From contig OX337228.1 in the NCBI GenBank assembly GCA_946965045.2, positions 6,820,001 to 6,884,000 of the forward strand: DNA of 64,000 nucleotides. The letters run 5' to 3'. This document shows, in pieces, positions 24,161-34,991 of this stretch. The first letter of the stretch is position 1. Every line of letters starts with the position of its first letter. The position numbers and the translations under genes are program-made. The stretch is from Epithemia pelagica (Eukaryota; Protista; Bacillariophyta). Under the pieces are notes generated by a model. That model saw only the letters and a program-made list of their open reading frames with translations, was not told the DNA's origin and searched no databases.

Positions 24161-24708
24161 GCACAGCAATACGCATCAACCACCAAAACAACCATTACAA
24201 CCACCCAACAAATCACCATCATCACCATCACCTCACACGAAAACGAAAAAAATGACGACCACTATCCACACTAACAACGACAACGATATGGACCACACAC
24301 CACTTAGAACAAGAAGAAGAAGAGAGGGTGAATCTTGAAGAATGACGACGGCCACCACATTTTCCTCGCGACGACCGAGCCGTAGTACTTCTAATAGCAA
24401 CAAGAGGACAAATCATTCCACCACCACCACTTCTCTCCATGGCGACGGCCGAGTCGTAAAAAGATGACAATGGGGATTGCAACCTTGGAACCACACCACC
24501 GCAAGTCTCCAAATAGGTTTTCCTTGCACAAATTTCTTTTGGATCATCTCTTTGGTCCTCTCCTAGGTAACTCCTAACCCCAAGCCCTGATTTTTCCATC
24601 CAGAATCCAGACCACGACAACTCGGAACTAGGTAGAAGATAGATAGTCTCTATATTGCGTACAGCTCTTGGTGGAAAGCCCGCTCGCGACGTCAACGCGG
24701 CTGTACAT

Positions 24709-25008
24709 TGAACGGGTGAGGCGACAGGACGTCAATGGACGCCTGACAGGCACTATGGCACACCCCAGAGGCTTATCAGAGGAAACCCCAAACTCGTAAG
24801 TCGTCACCATCTGGACACGAGTGCCCAGGGTGAGTAGGCTAATCAAGAGGTAGCCCTAATCTCTAAATACATATGAACGGGGGCGGCGACAGGACATCAA
24901 TGGATGCCTGTCAGGCAACTATGGCACATCCACACCCCATGTATTCCCCACCATCTGGACACGAGTGCCCAGGGTGAGTAGGCTAATCAAGAGGTAGCCC
25001 TAATCTCT
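24709..25008. repeat. Degenerate tandem repeat of about 150-165 bp, including an identical 60-bp pair (24805-24864 and 24949-25008)
   Basis: Direct comparison. Each unit starts GAACGGG...GGCGACAGGAC. Confidence 0.9.
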
Positions 25009-25892
25009 TGGAGTACATACAATTTGAACGGAGGACGAGGCGACCGACTTCCATTGGCCGAAGAGGAGGCATAGGATGCCATGGAGGATCTTCTGTGTCT
25101 TGTTGTTGATGGTGGTGGTGGTTGTGCTTTGTTTCTCTGTGGTCCCTTGTCTTGTGGATGTTCTTGTTGTTGTTGCCGATGCATCCGGGAAGAGGAACTA
25201 CACGAAGACGATCGTCGTCGTCGTGCAGGATTCTCACGAGTCATGGCTGCTACCGGATCTTTGTGTTCTTCTGGTGGTTGGTCTTGTGGAGGAGTATAAG
25301 GATAGGAGTGTCCCTCGCTTGGGGGCTCCCTTTCACGCTCCTCTTGCTGGAGAACTTCGTCCTGTCTTTGCTGGTACTGTAGGTATTGTTGTTGTTCCTC
25401 CCACGACGAGGGAAGTGGTGTTTCAATCAAAATTACCGGAGGAGGAATGACGCCATTGTGACTGGAGCTTCGCACGGGAGGAATTCGTTCGGCTGGTTCG
25501 ACAATTCTCAAGGCCTGTGGCACTCCTGCTCCTGCAGCTGCTCCAAAAGATCCCCTGGACCGTCTCAGGGGAGCAGTGGGACCGTTGGGTTGCTGTTGTT
25601 GTTGCTGCTGCGCATGTTGCAGTTGTGATTTGGAGGAGACGCGCCGTTTGAGACGGTGATACTTGTTGGGAGCCTTGAGATTGCTCGCATACCAGACCGA
25701 GGGTACATCTGCTTCATCTTGCTCGGTGGGCTTTTTCTTGTTATTGTCGTTGTGGTTGTCGTTTTCGGAAGGAATAAGGACCACCTCGGTTGTAGTAGTA
25801 CCAACAATGTTTGTGGCAGCGGTCGTGGGAGCCGTCATTGTGGTTCGGGGCGCAGGATCCCTGGTGCTGTTATTGGCCGTGTTTCTCACCAT
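24987..25892 (-). CDS. Low-complexity orphan ORF (Gln/Pro/Ser/Arg-rich)
   Basis: Open frame of about 300 codons with no recognisable domain. Its stop lies inside the 60-bp repeat. Confidence 0.4.
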   Translation of the reverse strand: MVRNTANNSTRDPAPRTTMTAPTTAATNIVGTTTTEVVLIPSENDNHNDNNKKKPTEQDEADVPSVWYASNLKAPNKYHRLKRRVSSKSQLQHAQQQQQQQPNGPTAPLRRSRGSFGAAAGAGVPQALRIVEPAERIPPVRSSSHNGVIPPPVILIETPLPSSWEEQQQYLQYQQRQDEVLQQEEREREPPSEGHSYPYTPPQDQPPEEHKDPVAAMTRENPARRRRSSSCSSSSRMHRQQQQEHPQDKGPQRNKAQPPPPSTTRHRRSSMASYASSSANGSRSPRPPFKLYVLQEIRATS

Positions 25893-28219
25893 TCTGTAAA
25901 GGATGTAGTCCAAAAATTAGGGGAAGAGGAGGATGAAGAGACTCGAATCACTCTTGTTCCCTAGAGCAGACTCGTTGTTTCTTATGGATCCATATGTACA
26001 TACAGCAGATAGAAAAGAGTTGCGTAGTGTCTCATTTTTCTCAATGCTGTTTCGGCTCATCCATTTCATCAGTTGAGAGTAGACTATAGTTCACGGCGCA
26101 TCTAAGGTAGGATGTTGTGCGCCTATTTGTCTCTCTCAACGCGTCCTCTGGACTTGAGTAGTTAGAGAAAAATGGATGGGATGCGCACCATGGTTATGTA
26201 CAGAAAAAATGGCTTGCCTTGGTGCATATGATTCCGCTCATGCGTTGAAGCGTTACAGTGGCGCACTGGGTCTTGCATGGAGCATGACCAACGTCTTTTT
26301 GGTGGTTCAACGGATGAGATGGGGGATTTCGTGTTTGCACGTTGTTGGGTGTGTCGGTAGTTTGTCTGTCTATACTGACTTGATGCGAGACCAAAGGAAC
26401 AAGTCACTTGACATTATAGTAGTAGAGCGACGAACCAAAGGATGATGAGTGTTTGTGGTTGCGCTGTCTAGTTTGTGAGACGAAAGGAACAAGTCTCTGT
26501 ACTATTAGATGCTATAGGAGAAGTAGGAACTACGAACCGACCACGGTTTTACGCTCAACGAGTTGCTATGTGGATGATTACTGGGATTGTTAGTCTCTCT
26601 CAAAGGGAGACCACACAAAGAGGGAATCGCCTTTCACGCATGCGTCCAAGTCCAAGGGGATGGCGACGGGAAAGAACGTCTCCGCTTGAACGAACGGTAG
26701 TGTATGTCTGTATGTATGCCCCCTTTTCCCGAGAAGTGTCGCCTGGCGTTCCAGATCCGTTGGCCTATTAGTTGATAGTTTCGAAATTGGCGTTCAGGAT
26801 CCGCTGGCTTTATTTGATAGAAAACAATTCGGAAGCTCTGCGTTGAGAATCCGTCTACTTGCTATCTTATGTGCGTCTTACGTCTAAGTACTTCTGTCAC
26901 TCCTGTACTCACATAGAAAGCATTTGGTCTTTGTCGTGTACGAGTACGAAAACATAAAACATCCGTTGGTTTCATGTGCATGGCGCAGATTTCCGAATGG
27001 CGCACCGCTTGTGGAACGAGTGGGGTTGCAGAACACAATAGCGACGTCTTGAAGCATTGGTTGTCGACCTATCGTCGGTATGAACTCAAGAGAATGCTCC
27101 CGATGGTCACAGGTGGATCGAGATCCATCTGAATGGTCTTCAAAGATGGTTTTCTCGATCCTCATCATCCTCAGATTTCCCTCCTTTCCATGGTCATGAC
27201 CATTGCCGACGCAACCATGGACCAGAGAACCATGGAGACCTCGCTATCCCCCGAGAGATGACCAGGAACACGCACAGAATCATGAAAGAGATATCCAGTA
27301 AACTCGAAATCTGCCCAGCGCATTCGCCTGCTGGATGAACGCGACAATGTACTCGCCAAGACAAGTCATGGCCAGAAAAAAGAACACAATGAAAGGAGTC
27401 TTGTGCCACTGTAACTTTAAAATCTCGACCAACAAGACCACCGATTTCTTTCCAGAGAGGAAAAACTGAAACGCGAAACTTCCAGGGCCTCTCTTTAGAC
27501 ACCAATCATCCAACCAGTGACAATGAACATGTGGTTTCGTCGTCGCCTGACAACGATTCCCCTCTCGAGCCTCAACAACCGTGTCGAATGCAGCGAGTGC
27601 ACCACTGCCACAAGTACTACCAGTGTCTTTGGATAATGCAGCCTTGCATGACATGTTTGGTATTCCAAGCCCACCATCTGCAGACAGCCCGTCTTACGAG
27701 AACGACGAACAATCACACTGTACAAAGAGTACATGGAAATATAAGATCGTTCTGTGGCAACCAGGGCTAAGCAAAAGGCAATCATGAACGACCAGCTAGC
27801 TACTCTTCTCGCCTACCTGAAGCAACAAGGTAAATTCCTGTTTGTAACAATGAACCAATGCCATTGGTCTAGTATTCTCATGTTCTCTCTCTTGCGCAGA
27901 CTCCGTCATTCCCACTCAGTACCTGGAGTTTGATTCTACCATTGCCTCTTGCGGCGCTCTCTCTTCGTCCCACTACAACAAGACGAAGAGGAGAATCATT
28001 CTTCTGCGGCTGCACCAAACCACGCCCCCAGGAGCCCTTGCAACTACCACGACCACCACTGGGAACGTCTTCTTTCACTCTTGTACTAAGATTGAAAGCA
28101 TTATTTGGTCTTTCTTGTGTACGAGTACACTATACGAAAAGATCCGTTGGTTTCATGTGCATGTGGCGTCGGATGAAAATTTCCAAATGGTTCATAGCCG
28201 ACGCGGTCTCTTTTGAGCA

Positions 28220-28410
28220 TATGGCCAATTCCGGTCCAGGCACGAATTTTGTCACCACCACCGCCACGCCGCATTTGGATGGCAAACATGTCGTGTTTGG
28301 GCATGTCGTCGAGGGCATGGAAATTGTTCAGGTGATTGAAACGACCAAAACGGGCGATTCGGACATACCTGTTGTCAATGTCGTGATTTCAGACTGTGGA
28401 CAATTGCCCG
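28220..28410 (+). pseudogene. Cyclophilin (PPIase) C-terminal fragment
   Basis: [34 protein letters not shown]...VVISDCGQL. The conserved GSQF is deleted and the N-terminal half is absent. Confidence 0.85.
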
Positions 28411-28627
28411 CCGACTATACACCACCATCCTCCTCCAACACGACGATAATGACGACGACGACTTAGAGAGAGTTGCGTTGTTGTTGGGGCCGTGTGCTTG
28501 TCCCACAGATCAGATGTGGAGGGAGACGAACACAACCCTACTCGTAGTAGTAGAGACATTGTGTAGTTGAGCTCACAAGTCTTGCAACTTGCAGCATGCA
28601 ACAACGACCTTTGTTAACCAAACGCAA

Positions 28628-29251
28628 CAACCACAACACACTACTACCATGTCTTCCTCTTCGTCTCCGGCTCGCAAAAAGGCTCGTACGCCCGTGTCTA
28701 CGGCCGGTCGTTCCGTCGTGGATTTTGTGGACGATTCCGAATTGCGCGAGGCCCTGCAAACGGTTACGCCGCAAGGCATTGCCACCAACGATTGGATTTT
28801 GCCCGTCTCTATTCCTGAAGCCCAAGATCAAACGGTTGAAGGCGAATTGGCCCGATTGCGGACTTTGCAATCCTACTTGTTGTTGCATGCCAGACATGAC
28901 GGGCACGCAAGAAGAAGCCGCCTGTTGTGCCGGACCCGTCGAATGTTCCAAGGCGATCCTCTTTAATATGGGCCTGCTTCATTATCAGATTGATGTCGAC
29001 CCGATACGGCCCTGCAATTCTTTCGCTTGACCGCGTCCGTGTCGCACAAGTTTTCGCCTCTCAATTTTGCCCCCGTGGATTTGTGTTCGGTCAACAACAT
29101 GGCCCAAATTCATTTGTGGTTGCGCAAACCCGAAAAGGCCCTTTCCATGCTCCAAGAAACCCTCAAGCGCGGCAATGCCACACTGGCCGTCCTCTACGAG
29201 TCCATTGAACAAAAACAAGAGCAGCAACAACAGTCGACTGCGACAACATGA
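28628..29251 (+). pseudogene. Frameshifted or chimeric gene remnant with TPR-like helices
   Basis: Protein-like pieces in different frames: ELARLRTLQSYLLL, AILFNMGLLHY and NNMAQIHLWLRKPEKALSMLQETL. Confidence 0.5.
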
Positions 29252-29460
29252 GCAACAGTCGACTACGACAACATGAGCAACAACAGCAGCGTCTCAAGCC
29301 AGTGCGGATGCGACCAACAAGAATGGTCTCAAGTCAAAAGGAACAAGCAATAAAGCCAAGAGTGAAGAAGAGGAAGACGCGGAAACCCTGGCGCAATTAA
29401 TGGTAGAAGAGGACAATGACGAGGCGGCTCGCAAGACATGGCGATTGCGACGCAAGTTGG

Positions 29461-29842
29461 CGCAGGGCAGTCGTGGAAAACACTCTGGTGGCACAATCCC
29501 TGGAGCAACTTCATGCGGAACAAGACAAGGATCAGGGCAAACCAAACAGCTTTTGGCAAACAACCGTCAAGGGCATTGTCAACTTTTTGACCGGTCGTGC
29601 ACAAAAAGAAGAAGAAGAAGAAGCAGACTCTGAATCGAAACCAGACGACAATCCGAAAAACTCCAAATCGGATACGGCGATTCACGAGTATACCAAAGTG
29701 GGACAATCCACCACTCTCAACGTGTTGCGACCCGCTCTTTTCGGTTGCCCGTTTGCTCCAAGCTCAACAACCACATCGTCGTAATCTTCTCCGACAGGAA
29801 TTGGATTCACCTTGCCCAGAATATTGTCGAGAGGTTTCGGAA
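29461..29842 (+). pseudogene. Fragment A1 of the 20759-23803 gene
   Basis: Near-identical to about 22095-22475 with small indels. Confidence 0.9.
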
Positions 29843-30054
29843 AAAGAAGGGTCGCGCTGGTGTAGGGAAGGCAAGAAAGCTCACAAAGAAGCACATGAAG
29901 TAGCTCCAACCACTTAAACAGCAATTACCATTTATCCTCTCTGATTGTAGACTATACTCCTAGGAATCACTAGTCAGCAATGTTGTCGTGCATGTTCAAA
30001 TGTTCCACTTGCTATTGTTACCGCTACATGTTATATAGAAACATTTTAGGATTC

Positions 30055-30410
30055 AGCGGGTAGGGAAGCGGAGGAATCAATGGATTCTCCAGGGGCAACT
30101 ATGGCACTCTTCCCCAATGGCAACCGACACACCAACAAGGACATCTCCGACAAGGACTCTAGCTAGACTCAGCTGATGTAGGAGTAGGAAGTTATTCACA
30201 AATACAGCGGGTAGGGAAGCCCGGAGGAATCAATGGATTCTCCAGGGGCAACTATGGCACTCTTCCCCAATGGCACAGAGACCGAAGTCTCCATGCCATA
30301 TGCCATACCTGATGACACAAGGACAAAGTCCTCGTGCCACCAGGGTTTTGTGATAACACCGACAACCGACACACCAACAAGACAAGGACTCTAGCTAGAT
30401 AGACTCAGCT
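30055..30410. repeat. Interleaved non-coding direct repeats (about 67-bp and 50-bp units) containing strong hairpins
   Basis: CAGCGGGTAGGGAAGC...CCCCAATGGCA at 30055-30122 and 30205-30275. CAACCGACACACCAACAAG...GGACTCTAGCTAGA at about 30121-30172 and 30363-30410. Confidence 0.9.
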
Positions 30411-30609
30411 TAAGTAGAATTTAGGAATCTGTAGAAACAGAAGAAGGGGTAGAGTGAGTTAGGATGAGTAGGAAAGATTCATTACCGACACGACGACCGT
30501 GCGCACGTACCACTGGCAACCGACAACCGACAAGTTATTTTTCTTTCTTTTTCTGTTTTTTTTATTTTTTTCTTTTTCTGGGTTTTTTGGATTTTTTTCA
30601 ACAGCACCA

Positions 30610-31350
30610 CTACAAGTAGCCGAACCCCGTACCCGCGGACAAAAGACGAGCGGATCGTCGAACGTGCACCATTCGGCGTCCCTTTTTGGAGTAGGCAACA
30701 ACAAGGATCCTGCCCAAACGCGGCGAGTCCTCGGGGCCGGAGGAACTCTCGATCACGCTTTGGGGGGCATTCTCATCGATTTGAGGCGAGGTATCTTTTC
30801 GGGTGGGGGTGGGGGGAGGAGGGGTGGCGACAATGGAAGAAGGGGTAGGATTTCGAGGGGGTGAGTCGTGCCCCAAAGTGATCTCGTCGTCGTCGGGGAT
30901 GAGCGCGGATTCGGGCTCATGACGGTCGACTGGAACCTCGTCGTCCTCGAGATCCTCTGCGAGTGCGAGAGGAGGGCAGTCCAAGTCAGCGTCGAACTCG
31001 CAAGGCAGAACAGCAACAGTGTCGACGTCGACCTCCTCCTCGCGATCGCGAATCTCGATCTCTCCATCTTCCTGCCGACCATTCTCGCAGCTCTTCGCAG
31101 CAAGCTTTGCTTCGGCAATGGCCAGCTGTTGTTGAAGCTGAGCTTTGTCGTGTCGAAGCTGTCGAAGCTCCGCATGTTCGTGTCGAAGCTCCGCAGTTTC
31201 GCTACTTGTAGTACGACTTTTCTTGCTGAAAATGACCCGAAACAGGTGTTGGACGATAAGTTTCGCCTCATCGAGGACATCAGCGACACCGTAACACAGT
31301 ATGAGAACCACAAAAGGAGCAACTAACTGAGCCCATTCGGAGCTGATCAT
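30610..31350 (-). CDS. Orphan protein Y (copy A): N-terminal TM helix, coiled coil, acidic/Pro-rich region, C-terminal RRSARL motif
   Basis: ORF is open in both duplicated copies, which differ only by in-frame indels. The start codon is uncertain (31350 or 31386). Confidence 0.6.
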   Translation of the reverse strand: MISSEWAQLVAPFVVLILCYGVADVLDEAKLIVQHLFRVIFSKKSRTTSSETAELRHEHAELRQLRHDKAQLQQQLAIAEAKLAAKSCENGRQEDGEIEIRDREEEVDVDTVAVLPCEFDADLDCPPLALAEDLEDDEVPVDRHEPESALIPDDDEITLGHDSPPRNPTPSSIVATPPPPTPTRKDTSPQIDENAPQSVIESSSGPEDSPRLGRILVVAYSKKGRRMVHVRRSARLLSAGTGFGYL

Positions 31351-32215
31351 CTTTTCGTAACAGTAATCACAATCACACATCATCATGGTCAATCGTATTT
31401 CGTTCGTATTTGTTTTTTGTGCGTGTTGGATTGTTGCGTGTTGTTGTTGTTGTTGGCGTTTCGTGTTGATTGGCGATCGGACCCTGGAGCTGCGAGGCAG
31501 CGGGGTCGGTTTAACACAGCGCAACAATCAACCGTCGGGGCAGTCTTGCACGCACCTCTACGGCAACAACACGTTCCTCGAGGGCAACGGAGTTCGGCGC
31601 AACAATCAACCGTCGGGTGCAGTTCCACAACAGAGGGGCATCGTGACACGGTCGCAAGAATGGAGATGAAGAATTCCATTGCGGCAATCAAGGAAGACGC
31701 TCGTCGATGCTACATGAAAGGTGCTTCATGAAAGGTGCTACATGAAAGGTGACTACGGGGCTTCAATTCGCCATTATACCATGGTATTAGAATGCTATCC
31801 GAAAGCCCAGCTTGTATCCAATTGGGAGATTTGTTAGCAGTTCTCCATTCGAAACGAGCAGTCTCACTGTCAATGATTGGGTCTATTCGAAATGTCGGCC
31901 TGTGATTGCCGTGATGGCCTTAAGCACATTTCCAAAAACGGAGAGCATTTCTATAGAGATGGGGGCCACCGCTCGAAGTGAAACTCTTAACACGACATGG
32001 TCGGGCGCTTCTGAAGCAAGGTGACTTTGATGGTGCCTCCAAATCATTCGACGAAGCGATTTGCAAGGCGCAAGTTGCCATTGAAAAGAGTGCCGTGGTG
32101 CACTGTCGAGAGGACCATATGATTCGAGTCCTTTGTGCGAGATGGGGCTGTGTCGTCCAAACCAAAGCTTTCCCTTGACGACGAACCACCTACCGAAAAC
32201 AGAGACGAACTCAAA

Positions 32216-33415
32216 TGCAACTCTTGGATTTGGCACTGGCGGCTCTTCGAGGGTTGCATCGCATCCATCACGATCGTAGGGCAGTCATGGAAAACACTCT
32301 GGTGGCACAATCCCTGGAGCAACTTCATGCAGAACAAGACAAGGATCAGGGCAAACCAAACAGTTTTTGGCAAACAACCGTCCAGGGCATTGTCAACTTT
32401 TTGACCAGTCGTGCACAAAAAGAAGAAGAAGAAGCAGACTCTGAATCGAAACCAGACGACAATCCGAAAAACTCCAAATCGGATACGGCGATTCACGAGT
32501 ATACCAAAGTGGGACAATCCACCACTCTCAACGTGTTGCGACCCATGCTCTTTTCGTTTGCCCGTTTGCTCCAAGCTCAACAACCACATCGTCGTAATCC
32601 AGTCCGGCAGGAATTGGATTCACCTTGCCCGAATATTGTCGAGAGGCTTCGGAACGCTTTATCGAGCTCTTGGACATTGCACTCAAACAAGATCCCACCT
32701 TTACCATTTTGGATGCCTCGCAAACCGAAAAAGTCCTCCAGTTCCTCTGTCTGGGTGGTACCTTGAACAGTGCAAACATCTGCTCTGCCATTATTATGCG
32801 ACACACCCAAATCCGATCGAAACTCTGTCAGTGACGTGGAATTTGTCATGGCCTTGCTGGATTCGTCCATGTCCAAGTCGGAGTCATTAACCAGCACCTC
32901 GCAACATACGACGCTGCTCACCCTCATTTCTCCTCCGCAAGTGGGACAACACTTTACGACATGGCTGGCGCACTTGGAGCTGCGAACCCTGATTGGGGGC
33001 GGTGATGTACAAGTAAAAGGAGCCGACTTCAAACGTGTCCTATGGGCTTATTGGCAAGAAGCTAAGCAAAAAGGAGAAACGCCCCCAGAGGAACTATATT
33101 GGTCAAAGAAAGCATGGGATCTCTTGGTAAAAATGGACAGTCTTACCACTCCCCTGTTAATGAATGCCACCGAGGTTCGAAGGTCGAAATGCTGTACGAT
33201 ATCGATGATCCACCGTCACATCGCGCCTATGAGATTGTTTTGAACATTATCTGCGAAGAAATTGGTTCCAATGGCGAACCGGCAACACTGCTGTTTTTGA
33301 AAGTGCTTGCCCTGGCCGAACGGAACAAGGTCGATCGGAGTCATTGGAAACTGAATCGCATGCCGGATTGGGTCATGTCGTCGGGGAAACAAGGGACCGA
33401 AACCAGTTGATAGAC
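32216..33415 (+). pseudogene. Fragment A2 of the 20759-23803 gene, with internal deletions and frameshifts
   Basis: Matches about 22036-23808 but lacks about 22595-23135 and several shorter pieces. Confidence 0.9.
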
Positions 33416-34612
33416 TTAAGAGAACCGTGCGCTACAGTTTAGGAAATGGCAGCACGGCGAAGATAGCTCCACATTTTATCTCTGCCGAGTTTGCTTTCCG
33501 CCGATGTCAAAACAACAGGAACATCATGCTGTAACGTTTCTCCCATTACCTGGCGCAGCTTGTTCATGACATCGTGGGATACCTTTCCAGAATAGTTTCC
33601 CGGTGCTCCTTTGCTATTCTTATCCGCCTTTGTTAGGACAATTACATATTTGGCTGCGGGAGGAATGTTTTCCTCGACTTGTTTCATAATAGCGGCATCC
33701 TCTTCAGTTGGACCATGCCTACTATCAATCAAGTGAAACAAGACTCGTAGGGTTGGGCGAGTTGCAATGTATTCTTGCATAAAGGAGGACCATTCTTTGC
33801 GTTGTTTCTCTGGTACCCTGGCGTAGCCAAATCCGGGAAGCTGGTAGAAGCAGCACGTGTGAGAACGAGCGCGCAATCAGACTCTTTCCAGATGTCCACG
33901 AAACAACAATTTCACTTACGTCTACCATATAGAACGAATCTGCATCCTTGCTTCCATGCACCATGTCGCCGTATTTGATTTCTTGTTCTCTACCGACCTT
34001 GTCATTGACGGCAAAAAAGTTGAACTGTTGTGTCTTGCCGGGTCGTTTGCTAGTATAGGCCAGTGCTTTGCGGTTCGTCACGGCATTGACCAAGCTACTC
34101 TTGCCCACATTGCTTCTTCCGATAAAGGCCGCTTCCCCTCGATCGGGTGGAGGACAACCATCCATGTTGACCGCCCCCGTCACAAACAGAACGCGGCGTA
34201 CCAAGGCATTCGAAAGTACCTCGTAGACGCGGTCGTCATTTTCCGAAGGTAAAGTCATCATGACATCCAAAACGGCATACACCACGTTACAGGGAACTTG
34301 GAGTTTGCTCACCTTTTCGCTGTTGGGGCCAAGGAAAGCCTCGTTGACTATTTCTCCTGAACGAATCTTGGATTGACATTGACTGGCACCTTGTAAGAGA
34401 CGCAAAAAGGGCACTCCCAGTTCCGACCCCGAAATCTCTGCCTGACGCACAGCAGGTCCCATGGCACACATCATACGACACGCATACACTGCAGCTCGAG
34501 GTTCTCCCCCGAAAAAATGCCATGAGGCAATGGATGCCAGGGCTTGGGCTCGAGATTTTAACAAATTGCAATGTGTTTCAGTCGTTTCGTCCTCGTTTGT
34601 TGATATCATGGG

Positions 34613-34991
34613 AGTCGCGGTTAATCAGTGTGACGGACAGGCGATATGGCAGTCACGATTCGAATCTGTGAGACATAGAATCGTGTCCCCACTATGTATC
34701 CAAGAGCAATGCCTTACTACCAGAGAAGGCATTGCCCGTCGCATAGTAACCAAGCTCTAGCCATTGGCATCAATGGTTCCAAACTAACCTCCATGAGTAA
34801 ATGAGGAATTGATTCCTCGTGAGGAATCAAATGAGGAATTGAATGTAGTTCCTAAACCTAGAGCTTATAGTATCAACAAACAGAAAGTTGTGAAACAACT
34901 TCTATAGTGTATTGTCGTGGAGACTTGATCACCTCCACGCCAATATAGGTACTGCCCCTAGCTACTACAGAGTATCCTGTGTACTTTGACT
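34613..34991 (+). repeat. 5' LTR (AGTC...GACT)
   Basis: Identical to 43304-43682 apart from two mismatches seen (34840/43531 and 34937/43628). Confidence 0.97.

Noticed and set aside
30195-30300. U1 snRNA or HDV-like ribozyme resemblance (TCCATTG, ATTTGTG, UUCG loop; GGGCAAC and AATGGC)
   Set aside because: There is no ATACTTACCTG 5' end and the elements are in the wrong order for U1. The helix order cannot form the HDV nested double pseudoknot.
30308-30344. SECIS-like look on the plus strand (ATGA, stem, AAA loop)
   Set aside because: There is no GA on the 3' side to form the non-Watson-Crick quartet, the helix is too short, and pairing is better on the minus strand.
31519-31751. Short direct repeats (21-bp pair at about 31519/31598; 14-bp unit x3 at about 31710-31751; also a 25-bp pair at about 29230-29280) as a CRISPR-like array
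   Set aside because: Only two or three units, no regular unique spacers, no cas genes, and a eukaryotic context.
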